Assembly (NCBI GenBank): GCA_010093815.1
Contig: ML996575.1
Reading direction: 5' to 3' (one strand)
DNA from: Pseudovirgaria hyperparasitica
Taxonomy: Eukaryota
DNA length: 64,000 nt
The first letter of the stretch is position 1; each line of letters opens with the position of its first letter. Shown in pieces: positions 53,002-64,000 of the stretch. Below the pieces are notes generated by a model. That model saw only the letters and a list, made by a program, of their open reading frames with translations. It was not told the DNA's origin and did not search any database. Made by a program: the position numbers and the translations under genes.

Positions 53002-53930
53002 ATGGCATCGAATCCTCTTACACAAGACTCCAGCATAGCTGACAAATTACTACTGCCAGACTCCTGGGATTCACACCTCCATGTAATCGACGCAGGTACA
53101 ACTATCCTGTTAGGAATCACGCTGTATCTGCTGACCATAGCTATAGGACACGCTATTGTACGCAGAAATACGGACACAAGCGAGCAGCTCTACCTGACCT
53201 TCTCAAGTCTGAAGGCAGGATCGGGAACACTGTCCATGTTTGCATTGTAACTGCATCAATGTGCGGAGCGGATAAAAGTATCATCCTTGATACGCTCTCA
53301 AAGCTCAAAGGTCGCAGCAGTGCCGTCGTCACCATCGATCCGAGAACAGTCGCCGACATCGAGCTCGATAACATGCACAGACATAGCGTTCGAAGAATCC
53401 GCATAAACCTGAAGATTATCAATGCCAACCCAACGAAGCAAGACAGCCCGACTATTTGCACACTCTGAGAAGGTTCGATCGCGAGGCTAGGTGGTACAGA
53501 TGTGTCTCGAGCTCAACCAGCTTGCCGTCATTATTGATGTCATACCTCAGCTTTGTGTGCGCATCGTAATAGAACATAAGGGCTAGCCCGTGGCTACGAA
53601 GCCTCATAACAGGTAGGATACAGAGATACTTGAACTCCTGTCAAAAGGCTAGTTATGGGTCAAGATCAACGGAGAGTATCGCTTTTCTAGCTGTCAGACT
53701 TGGACCAACCTGCAAGGGCATTGATTCGCGCGAATCCAGATCAAGTCATTTGTGCAAGTGATTGGCCGCATACAGGTGGCCTGGAGATGAATCCTGACGG
53801 TAGTAGGCGGGCAGTGCAAGAGTTCCGTCACATTGACCATAGAGGCTTGTAAGAAGTGATGCGATCAAGACAAGTCACTCATCCAACGTGTATAACGAGA
53901 GAATGCAAGGCAGCTTCGGACAGCCAAGGA
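53002..53930 (+). pseudogene. Amidohydrolase_2 (LigI/2-pyrone-4,6-dicarboxylate lactonase-like) pseudogene
   Basis: 'WDSHLHVID', 'AVVTIDP...RRIRINL', 'IVIEHKG*P', 'WVKINGEYRF' and 'ANPDQVICASDWPHTGG' occur in the expected order but in different frames, with in-frame stops. Confidence 0.8.
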
Positions 53931-54036
53931 CTTCAAGGCAGCAAGTGTGTACTGTAGCATCTCATTTGTCTTTTAATTTACTAAATCCTTGCTCTTTTGC
54001 TCTGGTTACTTGTTGTCAACAGTTCCGTACGTGATG

Positions 54037-56053
54037 TTAGATGAGAAGGTCACCAAAATCGTCGAAAGTCAAGGACGACCACTGCTGAGGGAAGCCATCA
54101 AGGGATGCGTATTGGGTGATGTTGAAGTCGAGTGTAGGGCTGGCTTCTAAAAGGCTTGCATCCATATAAGGATACGGAAAGGCTGGCATCGAAAGGTCTA
54201 TGATCTCGGCTACTGGTTGCACAGCTTCAAGGGGCAATCTCGAAGTTTCTGGGGCGGCAGTTCTCGGTAGATCGTATGAATCGAGACTTCGGAGGGCTAT
54301 ATCGATACTACGTTGAATACCAGGACAGCTTGAGCGGCAGCCATGAAGAGCCCGCATGTATGTATCCACTCTCTCTTGAGAGCCTGGAATACCCTGTTTC
54401 AGATCTTCAACTGCAACTGTTGCTGCAGTGTCTATACACTAATCAGAGTGGCAAAATTGTGATTCATATTTCTCTTACATGCGCAGTATGCCATCATGTA
54501 GGTCACATGAGAAAAGCTGTCAGTTCTCTCTAATAAAAGTAGCAGATTCTCGACATCCGCTGAAGCTTCACGGCAAGCCTTCTGGCAAGGTTCGTAGTCT
54601 CTAAAAGGACGGTGTACCAGTATCACAGTCGTATGATAGACGAGACTTTTTTAGGGGTTAGTCACTGTTCGTCAGGATACAAGAGTACTCACTTCTGCAT
54701 TAAAATATGTGGTGGCGGACACCGGATATCTGTAGCATCAAGTTTTAAGTGGTCTGGAGTGGCCTTGCGCCATTCATCGAGAGCATGTCTTGCGCTTTTG
54801 ATGTGAGCTAAGACAGTTGAATAATTATCTGACCTCTTCTGGTTATATAAATTCAGTAAGATGTCATTGACGATGACCATGAGTTTGCAAAAGTTGTTGA
54901 AACAGCTGTAGATACGTGATGGTGTGGGTCGATAGCCATCGATGGCTGAAGCGTCGCCAACACCGAGCGGGACCCAAGGATCGTGCTCCATCGAACAGTC
55001 TGTGGGTATGCCCAACTCAAAATCGGGCGGCTCAACGAGTGTTGGAACTCGGCCAAGGTATAAACTAATAGCCTTGTCCCACAGAAAACACGACCAAGCA
55101 AGCCTTTCGCGGATGCAACCTATTTGACTGTCTGAGGTATTATTCGCCTTTGTGAAGATGCCTAGATCGATGGCCATTCGAAAGCCCATACCACTGTATA
55201 GCCAAGCGAGAGAGACTGAGCCTTTTCCAATTTCTCTAGCACTTAGTAAAATCAAGGCTTGTAATGTTGGAATCGTTGGCTCTTGGTGCATGTCTTTGCT
55301 AAGAAGTAGTCGAGCTCGGGCAAGGAGCTCATCACTCAGGTTCCGATCAGTGAAACGAGTCGAGTGAAGACAAATGACACAGAGCAAAGCTGGGGAGAAT
55401 AGAGGCCCTCCGATGGCACAGTCTCTCAGGAATACTTGACGTGGAACGAATAGAAAAGTTGGGTGTATATAGATCCAATGGATTTGCAAAAGATGTGCAA
55501 CCTTATCTGGGGGAAGATGGAGGTGCACAGCAGCGCTTTGCATCGCGGCTTCTTCCCAATATTGAATTTGCGCGGGAACCTGGCATGTTCCCAGCGAATG
55601 ATCCTGCCATGAGTCAGGGTATTGAGTTCTTTCGGTAGCGGTTCCTGACTGCCTAGGATCTTTGATTGCTGACGTCGAAGGGAAGTAAACTTCTTGGCTG
55701 ATACTAGCATCGGCTTGGCTGCTCTTCTTGATATCTTGAGACGCATTAAGGACTGACGGTGGACTGGTCTTGTACTTTGGCTGGAGTACTGCGTGATGCG
55801 CAGAACCAGATGTTCGCAAATCCTCGATGGTCCGTTCTAGGATGGCAACTTTCTCAGCCATAGCCAAGATCTGGCTCATCGGCGGCGGCTTGTCATAAAT
55901 ACATTTGTCGTTGTAGACTTGACAGATGCCGCACATTGGCTGGTTTCCATCGCATCTCATTTTTCTTGTCCGACAATTAGAGCATGTGAGGTGGTAAGCC
56001 TGCCGTTGTTGACGTGTAGTCTGGCGAGCCTTTTCGAATCGTGTCTTTGGCAT
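54037..56053 (-). CDS. Zn(II)2Cys6 transcription factor with a fungal-specific TF domain; 3 exons
   Basis: 'CSNCRTRKMRCDGNQPMCGICQVYNDKC'; 'AWLYSGMGFRMAIDLG'; 'RERLAWSCFLWDKAISLYLGR'. Confidence 0.93.
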
Positions 56054-56822
56054 GTCTGCAACTGGATTGACGAACAGCTATATCAAGGAATCGGAAGGGA
56101 CCTCAGTGTCTAGGACGATACACCACATGATTGTGACGCTGAGAGCACATTGTAATGAATGAGCTCGTACGAAGTGTGACATGTAGAAGGACTAGCAGGA
56201 ATACGTAAGTATGGAGGATAAACTGGGGCCAGCAGATGCTAAGGTTGCTAGCCTGGAACTGGGTGCGAGCCGAACCATTGGGTCGAATCATGAGTCCGTA
56301 TCGAGCATAGCCAATTTATGGCGGGCGTAGCCTGGCAGCTTATGTAAAACCCTCAGCGGGAGATTCAGCCATGAGGAATGGACTATAAACATCGAAAGGC
56401 CGCTGCGCCTGGCATGCGTACTTTATTAAACATATTATGAGGGCCATGAATCCACACACTAAGATTAAGAGCCGCATCAAAGATCCATGCAACAGATAGC
56501 ACAACTACTAGAGGTTCCAATGTTGTTGTTGTGTTAGCAAGCACGCGGCTACACTAATAGATTTCTAGTGTAGGAAGTGGGTAATTACCTCAGCTTCAAC
56601 GTTTTATGCAGTGGTACGTGAGTGATCCAAGACCTTACGTAAGCCTCAAGAACACCTCAGGCTGCAAGACCGCCCCCCCTCATCTCATCCATCATACTAC
56701 TCATCATCCATCAACATCATCACGATTTTGAAGCTCTATGACCACTCCACATCCACCTTTCATGGATAGATACTTGGCATTAGCTCGTGGTAAAAACGCA
56801 GGCCAAATAGCGACTGCGTCAG

Positions 56823-57794
56823 CTAGGTCAAGCATCCAGCTGGCTGATTTCCTTTCAGCAGCTCAAACAGAATGTTAACGACGGCAATTCCGCTCTGTGA
56901 CTGGTTCTCTGCCGTTGATGCCCCAACATGAGGTGTGACAACAACATTTGGACACGTGAGAAGTGTATTCCCATAGTTGTCCATGGACGCCGGCTCAATC
57001 GCCAGCGCATCTAACCCTGCGCCAAATAGTTTCCCACTCTTCAATGCAACAAGCATCGCCGATTCATCAACGATTCCACCCCTTGCACAATTCAACAGAA
57101 TGGTGTCTTGTTTCATCAATTCGAACTCTCTTGTCGATAGCATGTTCCGCGTCGAGTCCAAGAGCGGCACGTGAAGACTGATGACGTCCGCAGTCTGTAG
57201 TAGCTCATCAAGAACAGCCGTTCGCTTGAATTTGTCGTTTGGCAGACTCTCTTCCCAAGCTCCATCTTTTGCGTACGGATCGTACGCGATGATACGGCCT
57301 TCCATGGCTGATATCCATTTTCGTGCAACAAAGAGGCCGATGTTGCCCATTCCAATCAGTCCGATTGTCTTGCGGAAAAGACTTCTGCCCAAAGCCTCAC
57401 TTCGGACGACAACTTCTCCATTTCGGATTCGACGATCAAGTTCGGCGATTCGGCGACTGACAGAGAGAGCAAGACTCAATGTGAGTTCTGCAACAGCCTC
57501 GCCATTGAGACCGGGTGTATTATAAACCTTTACACCATGAGCTTTCGCCGCTTGAACGTCAATGTTATCGACGCCGACGCCTTGCTTGATGATGTATTTG
57601 AGAGTACGTTTACTTTTCTCAATATCCGATGCCTCGATTCGTGTCTGACTTCTCACGATGATTGCTGTCGCATCCTGGTGATAATTGGCCTTGGCTGGAT
57701 CAGATGGTAAGACGAGGTCGATGTCATTGTGTTCTTTCAACAGAGCGATAGCATCTTTGTGGTATGGGTCGACAACGTATACTTTCGGAGGCAT
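56823..57794 (-). CDS. D-isomer-specific 2-hydroxyacid dehydrogenase (PGDH-like, no ACT domain)
   Basis: 'GVGVDNID', 'GLIGMGNIG', 'SLHVPL', 'LLNCARGGIVDE' and 'TPHVGAST'. First ATG (MPPKVY) at 57794. Confidence 0.92.
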   Translation of the reverse strand: MPPKVYVVDPYHKDAIALLKEHNDIDLVLPSDPAKANYHQDATAIIVRSQTRIEASDIEKSKRTLKYIIKQGVGVDNIDVQAAKAHGVKVYNTPGLNGEAVAELTLSLALSVSRRIAELDRRIRNGEVVVRSEALGRSLFRKTIGLIGMGNIGLFVARKWISAMEGRIIAYDPYAKDGAWEESLPNDKFKRTAVLDELLQTADVISLHVPLLDSTRNMLSTREFELMKQDTILLNCARGGIVDESAMLVALKSGKLFGAGLDALAIEPASMDNYGNTLLTCPNVVVTPHVGASTAENQSQSGIAVVNILFELLKGNQPAGCLT

Positions 57795-58240
57795 ATTTGG
57801 ACCTTGAATGTGTAAGAAGTCAAACACTGTGAGGGTTGTTCAATCTGAAGTGTCTCTCGTGCTCTGATATGATATGCTTGGAGTGAGGAGCAGGTGATGC
57901 TAGTCGATTTGCTAAATCGGCATAGTCCGCCTCTCAGCTTCGGTGGGGTCAAGTGGAATACTTCCACGGAGATTGTCCGACAGGTCCACAACACACGGAC
58001 ATCACCAAGCAGCGCCGGAACCGCACATGTCTATATGCCTTGTCGGTCTGCGCCGTGTGGGAATTATGGAATGATGACTGAGAAAGACAAAATACTTTAA
58101 TGCCCCCTTGAAGTGCCCGACTCTCTTCTCATAGCACTTTCTAGTCTGATACGCAGTCTCTTTGATATATCGATTTACTGGGCGTGAACAATAACTCTTT
58201 GACGTTCATCACAGCAGGCAAAAACATAAAACACTCCGCC

Positions 58241-59117
58241 ATGTTGGATCATAAGGCTATTGTCCATGGACTCTCACCATACTCAACGTATAATCGATCA
58301 TCAAAAATCGAAAGCTCCATCTAACTCTTGGCGGCAGTTGCGACATATCAGATGCTCTATTGAAGCTCAATCAGCCGTACGGCGGGTACGTATAAGCCCC
58401 AGTCATATATCTACGCACGCAACCTGCAGAGCATGGATAGCCCTTGGCCAACAGTCCCAGCTTCCTTCCAGGCATACAGCTTTTCTCTCCCACCTACCTC
58501 GACGCAGAGACCAGAATCGTCGGCCCAGCATACACGGTCAAATTTGTTCCAAAGTCAGACACCACATCTCCAAAGCTCGAGACCCATTACGTACATATCC
58601 TTGCCCATACCGTCGATGCTTAAGCTGTTGACACGAATATCAGATTGACACCATACCCGCCTCCTCAATCATATTCATCTCCTCCCCACCCAATGCCTTC
58701 AACGCCGTCTACGGAGGCCTCATGTCGACCCGCGCCGTCTATTCCCGCGCCGCTGGCACCGTCATTGACGGCTGTTTGCGCGACCTACCTGCGCACCAAG
58801 CCCTCAAGTACCCTGTCTTCGCACGCTCCGTTGTCACGCCCGCCTACTACGAGGTCGCAAGGCCCAGCGCGGTCAATGAACCACTCGTGTTTACGTATCC
58901 TCCTGGTGTGAAGGGCGTAAACGGGCCTACTGCAACGTGCATCGACGCAGGCGATTGGATCGTGGGTGATGCAAACGGTGTTGTGTATATACCCAAAGGG
59001 ATGGTGCAGAAGGTATTGGAGATGCTGCCAATTCAGGTCGAGGCGGATGAGAAGATGGACGTGGAGCTTGCAAAGGGTATGAGCTTCGAGGAGGCGAGGA
59101 AGAAGTTTAGGGGCTGA
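58241..59117 (+). CDS. RraA-like / HMG-CHA aldolase (LigK/GalC, DlpA-like); 4 exons
   Basis: Manual splicing gives MLDHKAIVHGLSPYST|CDISDALLKLNQPYGG|FLPGI...IVGPAYTVKF...HY|ID...AVYGGLMSTRA...GTVIDGCLRD...GDWIVGDANGVVYIP. Confidence 0.88.
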
Positions 59118-60249
59118 GAGACCGAGGTGGAGTGACAAGTATTTTGGAAAATTTGAAAGGAAGTAGAATAAAGGCCATTCGCAGGGCCAGATTTTGTCGA
59201 TGTAAGCTTCTGCAATGCACAAGGTGGCCCCAGGCAACAAACCGTTGTGTATTGGAATTAATGTGAACTCTACAAACTTGAAAATACATGGCGACAACTG
59301 GGGCATTCCAGTGCCGCGTTGAAAGGCTTACAGCATAGGACAAGCTATGGCCCATGTGTAGTTATAAGGTGGCTTCTAATAAGCCAAGGTCTTTGCCGTA
59401 CCCTTCTACGAAACCGGTGGAGGCAAGACGATTAAAAGCGGTGAACAACACGTTGAATGATGTTCCCTGTTGAATGCCTTCAAGTGCCTTGCTACGTTGT
59501 GTATAGTCAGGTATCAGGGGCGTTACAAATTGCGGGGATCTCCACACACAACACCGGCACGTACACGTTCCAGCCTAACACTGGCACAATCATTGGGTTT
59601 TAATCATGACATCAGCTACGCCTCAGCACCAACGTTGGACCTAGGTATACCATAGACAAGTTGGACAGATTGGACGAGTGGGAGCCTTATGATAGCTCTT
59701 AAAGCGTTTATGTATCGCGAATTTGTTTGTCAATTCATAAATCTAACTTTCCACTTACTTTCTTTATCTATTTGTACTATCGCACGTGATAACATCGAAA
59801 TGTGTCATTATATAACCCTCTTAGAGTGCTATTAAGGATGCCTTCTGCAGCGTCGCCACATTTTCTTGGATATTTAATGTGGCCAATACGACAGAGCTCG
59901 AGTAAGTGGACAACGCCGGCACGACGTAAGTTGGGTTAGAGATTACAGCGGACAAGTCATCGTAAGAGGGTCAACCACAACCCCTGGAAACTACCCAAGT
60001 TGCCTGGCGGGATCACGTGTGAACAGTTGCATTGCCGTCAGTAGTTGGATTGCGCTTACCAACTCGAAATAAATAGTCTCCATGCTCCCAATCTTCTCCC
60101 AACTGGGATGAGACATATCATTACTAGGGTAGTCGGCAGTACAGCGGCCGGGAGCTTAAGAAAGACTAGATGTGGAATAACGGAGACCGTTGTGCTGTGG
60201 ACACTGTTGATAGTTAAATGCTGTACTTCAAGGTGTGAGTAATATACTT

Positions 60250-60589
60250 TCTGTTCCGATGTCAAGAAGGGCTTCTTCGACTGTTGTATATCTTTGTTTC
60301 CCCAGTCTAAGACTACGCCCTTCAAAGCATAGAACCTTCTTGGATCTGGACATTGTCTTTGAACGAATGCATCATAAATCTCATGCTCTGGAGGGCCATG
60401 ATTAGGCTTTCGACCTGTCATCAACTTATGTATTACAGAGCCAAGCGCAAAGAGCTCTAGTCGAATGTACAGGCCAGACCCGAAGCGAATCATCGGGTAT
60501 AGGCAAATGGTAATTCGGTCCTCGCCAAAGACATGAGCGGACAAACTATTAGGTTGGCATTGACGAGACAGCCTGGGGAATGCCCTCAT
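60250..60589 (-). pseudogene. Degenerate protein kinase C-lobe fragment
   Basis: 'ELFALGSVIHKLMTGRKP...EIYDAF' parallels 'EIFALGSTFYEILTGFKPY...EIEKSY' of the adjacent kinase; catalytic-loop motifs are not recognisable. Confidence 0.55.
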
Positions 60590-60771
60590 TGTCCATCACT
60601 TACTCCGGTATGCCTATAACCAGAGCAGATAGAATTCAACTGAATCAATTTGTACGAAATGTAGAAGTCGTAATTCATCATTGCCGTGCCTTCAGTCAAA
60701 TAGTTGCAGGTGCCAAGCATAATACCAGGATGGTCCGGGAAGGTCGCGCAGGGTGACGCCACAACGAAGGA

Positions 60772-61640
60772 TTAATTCTTCGTCTTACTAGCTTCGACTT
60801 AGAGAGTCAGCAGTAGTTGAAATCTAATTATCAATAATAGTTCACCTTCGGTCTCGATATCGCGTAATAAACTCTCAACGCCCGAGTAACTTCTTTCCCA
60901 GCACTTTGAAATGATAGATTGACAAATATCTAAGCCGTCTAGTGGAGGAAATTCATCAAGTGAATAGGACTTCTCGATTTCATCAATCGATAGATTAGGA
61001 TACGGCTTAAATCCTGTCAGGATCTCGTAGAAAGTAGACCCCAGAGCGAATATCTCGCTTTGAACACAGACGCCCTTGATGTTGGGATGTGAATAGCTTG
61101 CCTCATAGAAGCACAGGTACGGCTCTCTATCAATGACTGAGCCTGCAAAATCGGCGACTTTCGCATTGAGATCGAGGTCGAGAAAAATATTATTACAGGA
61201 GATATCGGCATGAAGAATGCCTTTAGAATGGAGAAAGCATATAGTCGACGTAACTTGTTGAATCCAGCGAAGCTTTGTGGTAAGCGGAGTGGCCTCAGCG
61301 TTCTCCATTCGATACTGTCGGATTGAACCATGGTGGGCGAACTCTAAAAGAATCCCGTTTTCCACGGGACCGAAGTACCTTAAAATGCCATGGTAGCTTC
61401 CAAGGCGTTCGTATACTTTTCTCTCACGTTCAATGAATCGGACGTCATTAGGATGAGTCCACTTCACGACAGCATCCAAACGGCCGGCATATCCGGTCAT
61501 CCCAGCACCGATTATATCATCGAGCTTCAGACCACATGGATACCACATCGACACCTCTGTATGCGGCACGGCCGGTAATCGCTGTTCCTGAGCATTCGTT
61601 TAGTATTGTATCATGGGATATGGGTATACCTTACGCTCAT
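60772..61640 (-). CDS. Small fungal protein kinase (TKL/PKL-like); 3 exons
   Basis: 'IGAGMTG', 'AVVK', 'LHADISCNNIFLD', 'KVADFAGS'. Proposed micro-exon ATGAGC|gtaagg...cag and last exon VEASKTKN*. Confidence 0.85.
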
Positions 61641-62269
61641 CTCGACTCAAGAGAGCTAGTAGAGTGTGAAGATCGAAGGTGTCTTCCAAGCTATGCGAAA
61701 GCTACACCAGGCAGTTCTTAATGTAGCATGAATATTGAGTCGAAAGAAGCTATGCCACTGTGAAGAGCACTAGACCCAAACCGGCTTACGCACGGGCCCA
61801 TCGAGCGCTTACCTCGCCGTGATCCGCGCTTCTATTCTGAGGGCCATGGCAACTCAAACGACCTACAGATATGATTATGAGTCCTCTCCCGTTATTGTCC
61901 GGAGTTCTATGCGCCATTTGAGTGCTCTACTATGGTCAAGGAAAAATGGAATCAATCAGATAATGCTATCACAAGGTGGTGTCTTTAGCCAGATGCGGTC
62001 TGTCTGTCGATAATTAAGGGTTCCCCCGCATTCTCGGGTCTTAGAACCTACTAGGATGTAGGCATCGTTGCATCTAGCTTGACAGCGTATTTTTTTGCCT
62101 TCTTATCACGCCTAAGACGATATATACTATAGTAATTTGCAAGCATAGTGTGCGTTACTAATAATGTTTAGCGCACGAGCCTTTGGACCCATAACTTAAA
62201 AAGTCTTCATTCACCACACGACCCTTCATGACGACCATCCTTTATTTGGAACACTGAAGAAAAACAAAA

Positions 62270-62353
62270 AGGCGAGCCTGGGGCTCGAACCCAGAATCTC
62301 CTGATACTCTACGAGGTCGTAGTCAGACGCATTACCAATTATGCCAACCCACC
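62270..62353 (-). tRNA. tRNA-Arg(ACG) with an 11-nt intron
   Basis: GGTGGGT-TG-GCAT AATTGGTA ATGC-G-TCTGA CT ACG A [CCTCGTAGAGT] A TCAGG-AGATT-CTGGG TTCGAGC CCCAG-GCTCGCC, followed by T-runs (Pol III terminator). Confidence 0.9.
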
Positions 62354-63221
62354 ATTTGTTGAGGTGCCACTTTGAAGCTCACAAAATATTCTCTTGCAAA
62401 GATGTATATTATCTATACCACTGCGCGTTCCAATAGTCCCGGCTAACCCGACTCGGAGGGTGACGAATCATTCGCTACAGGTATTAACACAATGTCTGAC
62501 GACAAACGTGTCTTTTATCCTTTATTTCTTTTATCTAAGGCAATTCTTTAATCAAATCTACTAATATGATTTACAACCCTAGACCGGAGCCATGCAGAAC
62601 CCTACAGCCAACATTAAGTGTGACTCATCCACGTTCGTTGGCTTCGCTCTTCTTAAAAAATCACAAGTACTCTTTCAACAAACTAGTGTTCAAGATCCGC
62701 AATGTGAAATATATGAAGTGATTGCGAGCGCAGAGCGGCTTCTGTCACATTTGTTCCACTGGCTCGACCTCGACAAGAGAAAGAACATGCACGACTAGTA
62801 CAGTCTCTCCCGGTCAGACTGTATGTTGCAGATAACAATCGGTGTACGTCAAGTGCTCGTCATGGTCAGGTCTCCAACACAACGGTCTACAAAACCTCGA
62901 ATTACCGACACTTACTTCATACCAATCAAGGATACAAGGCTTCAAAAATTTTACAAGGACACCGCGTGGAAACAAACATGACTAATCTCATCTGTGGCAT
63001 ATACATAGTGATATCTCTGTACTCAGCAGAAGATAAGAGGCAGTTCGCATTAGCTCAAACAGCGTTCTGAAAACCGCCGATGAATAGTTGGCGAGAAGCG
63101 GCTCGAAAAGACAATGGCCACAAGTCAAAAGGTTGCAAAAGCTTGATCTTCGTTCATGGTCTCGAATCTGCTTGAACAGAGTAGTCTTGACGCAGAAATT
63201 ATTCGATTCAAAAAGCGATAT

Positions 63222-64000
63222 CTACAGGTGTACCTCAACAATCGGACCCCGATATGCTTTTTGCCCTATGGCCACATACCAGATTGCAGCAAAGAGCGAT
63301 ACGAATCCAAATACAAGTACGCTAAAATTCATATTCTGTGGAGTGACTGGCGTGCCTGGGGGCCAGAAAGCCCAGAACCACAACAAAGCAAGGTAACAGC
63401 ATGCAAAGGCATTGTTAAGCGTCCCTATGAATCCTGGGATGCTCCAAGGACCCCATGAAAGGTTTCCTGGGCCTACGAGCGATGTGTCGGAGCTATAGGG
63501 TCTGATACCACCTGGTTGGAGGCGACGCCAGAGCAAAAGAGCAGCACTCAGGAAGTAGGAAGCGTAAAGTCCTGCGATACTGAGGTTGACAATGTTGTTA
63601 AAAGCTACGCTAGAGCCAAGGATGATGAGCGATAAGAGGACAGAGATTATGGTGGTTACAGCGATCGTGTAGATGGGAATCGACGTGCGAGGATCGAGCT
63701 GACCAGATATTAGTTCAAAGAAGTGCCTTGGACGAATGAACGTTGATATCCTTACCATAGTGAGCTGTCTCCAAAATGGTACGCCTTGGTCTCGGGCGAA
63801 TGACCACAACTGGCGGGACGAGGAAGCAAGTACTCCTACAGTACTGCAGATTCCCAAAACGACAATTATGATGCCCATGACCGCAGTCCCTCCGGTAGAT
63901 CCTGTGGCATTGTAGAATACATATAGAAAAGTGTATCCGTACCGAGTTGTTTCATCTAAAGCTGTCGCGAGATCGCCTAGACAAAAAAGGTAGGCAAGCA
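63222..64000 (-). CDS. APC amino acid/polyamine (GABA/choline permease-like) transporter; 3' part only
   Basis: 'SSSRQLWSFARDQGVPF', 'LGSSVAFN', 'FWPPGTPVTPQNMNFS' and 'YRGP'; intron near 63702-63754. Confidence 0.9.
   Translation of the reverse strand, partial: LAYLFCLGDLATALDETTRYGYTFLYVFYNATGSTGGTAVMGIIIVVLGICSTVGVLASSSRQLWSFARDQGVPFWRQLTMVRISTFIRPRHFFELISGQLDPRTSIPIYTIAVTTIISVLLSLIILGSSVAFNNIVNLSIAGLYASYFLSAALLLWRRLQPGGIRPYSSDTSLVGPGNLSWGPWSIPGFIGTLNNAFACCYLALLWFWAFWPPGTPVTPQNMNFSVLVFGFVSLFAAIWYVAIGQKAYRGPIVEVHL

Noticed and set aside
31175..64000. Possible Starship giant element
   Set aside because: No DUF3435 tyrosine-recombinase captain, DUF3723 gene or boundary repeats were recognisable in the window.

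Overview
Filamentous ascomycete genomic DNA (GT-AG introns with CTRAC branch sites, a Zn2Cys6 regulator, RIP-type mutation). The window has four parts. (1) 1-10.2 kb: an EthD/alpha-beta hydrolase, a secreted zincin-like protein with a degenerate active site, an acyltransferase-3 and an AA12-like dehydrogenase. (2) 10545-31169: a fully resolvable, heavily RIP-mutated nest in which a Copia element contains a Gypsy chromovirus (B), which contains a second Gypsy chromovirus (C) and a largely unmutated 139-bp solo LTR; each insertion has a perfect 5-bp TSD. (3) 31-47 kb: accessory-looking DNA with two hAT-type MITEs, a chromo-like orphan gene, a nitroreductase and gene relics. (4) 47-64 kb: an amino acid permease, a five-gene catabolic cluster (MFS transporter, LigI-like amidohydrolase pseudogene, Zn2Cys6 TF, D-2-hydroxyacid dehydrogenase, RraA/LigK-like aldolase), a kinase with a degenerate neighbour, tRNA-Arg(ACG) and an APC permease. 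The most notable observation is that both Gypsy elements carry, between pol and the 3' LTR, an antisense intron-containing accessory gene with a putative Cys6-type motif and a C-terminal coiled coil. This is invisible in the ORF track and only appears after manually reversing RIP changes. All calls come from reading the sequence by eye; no searches were run.
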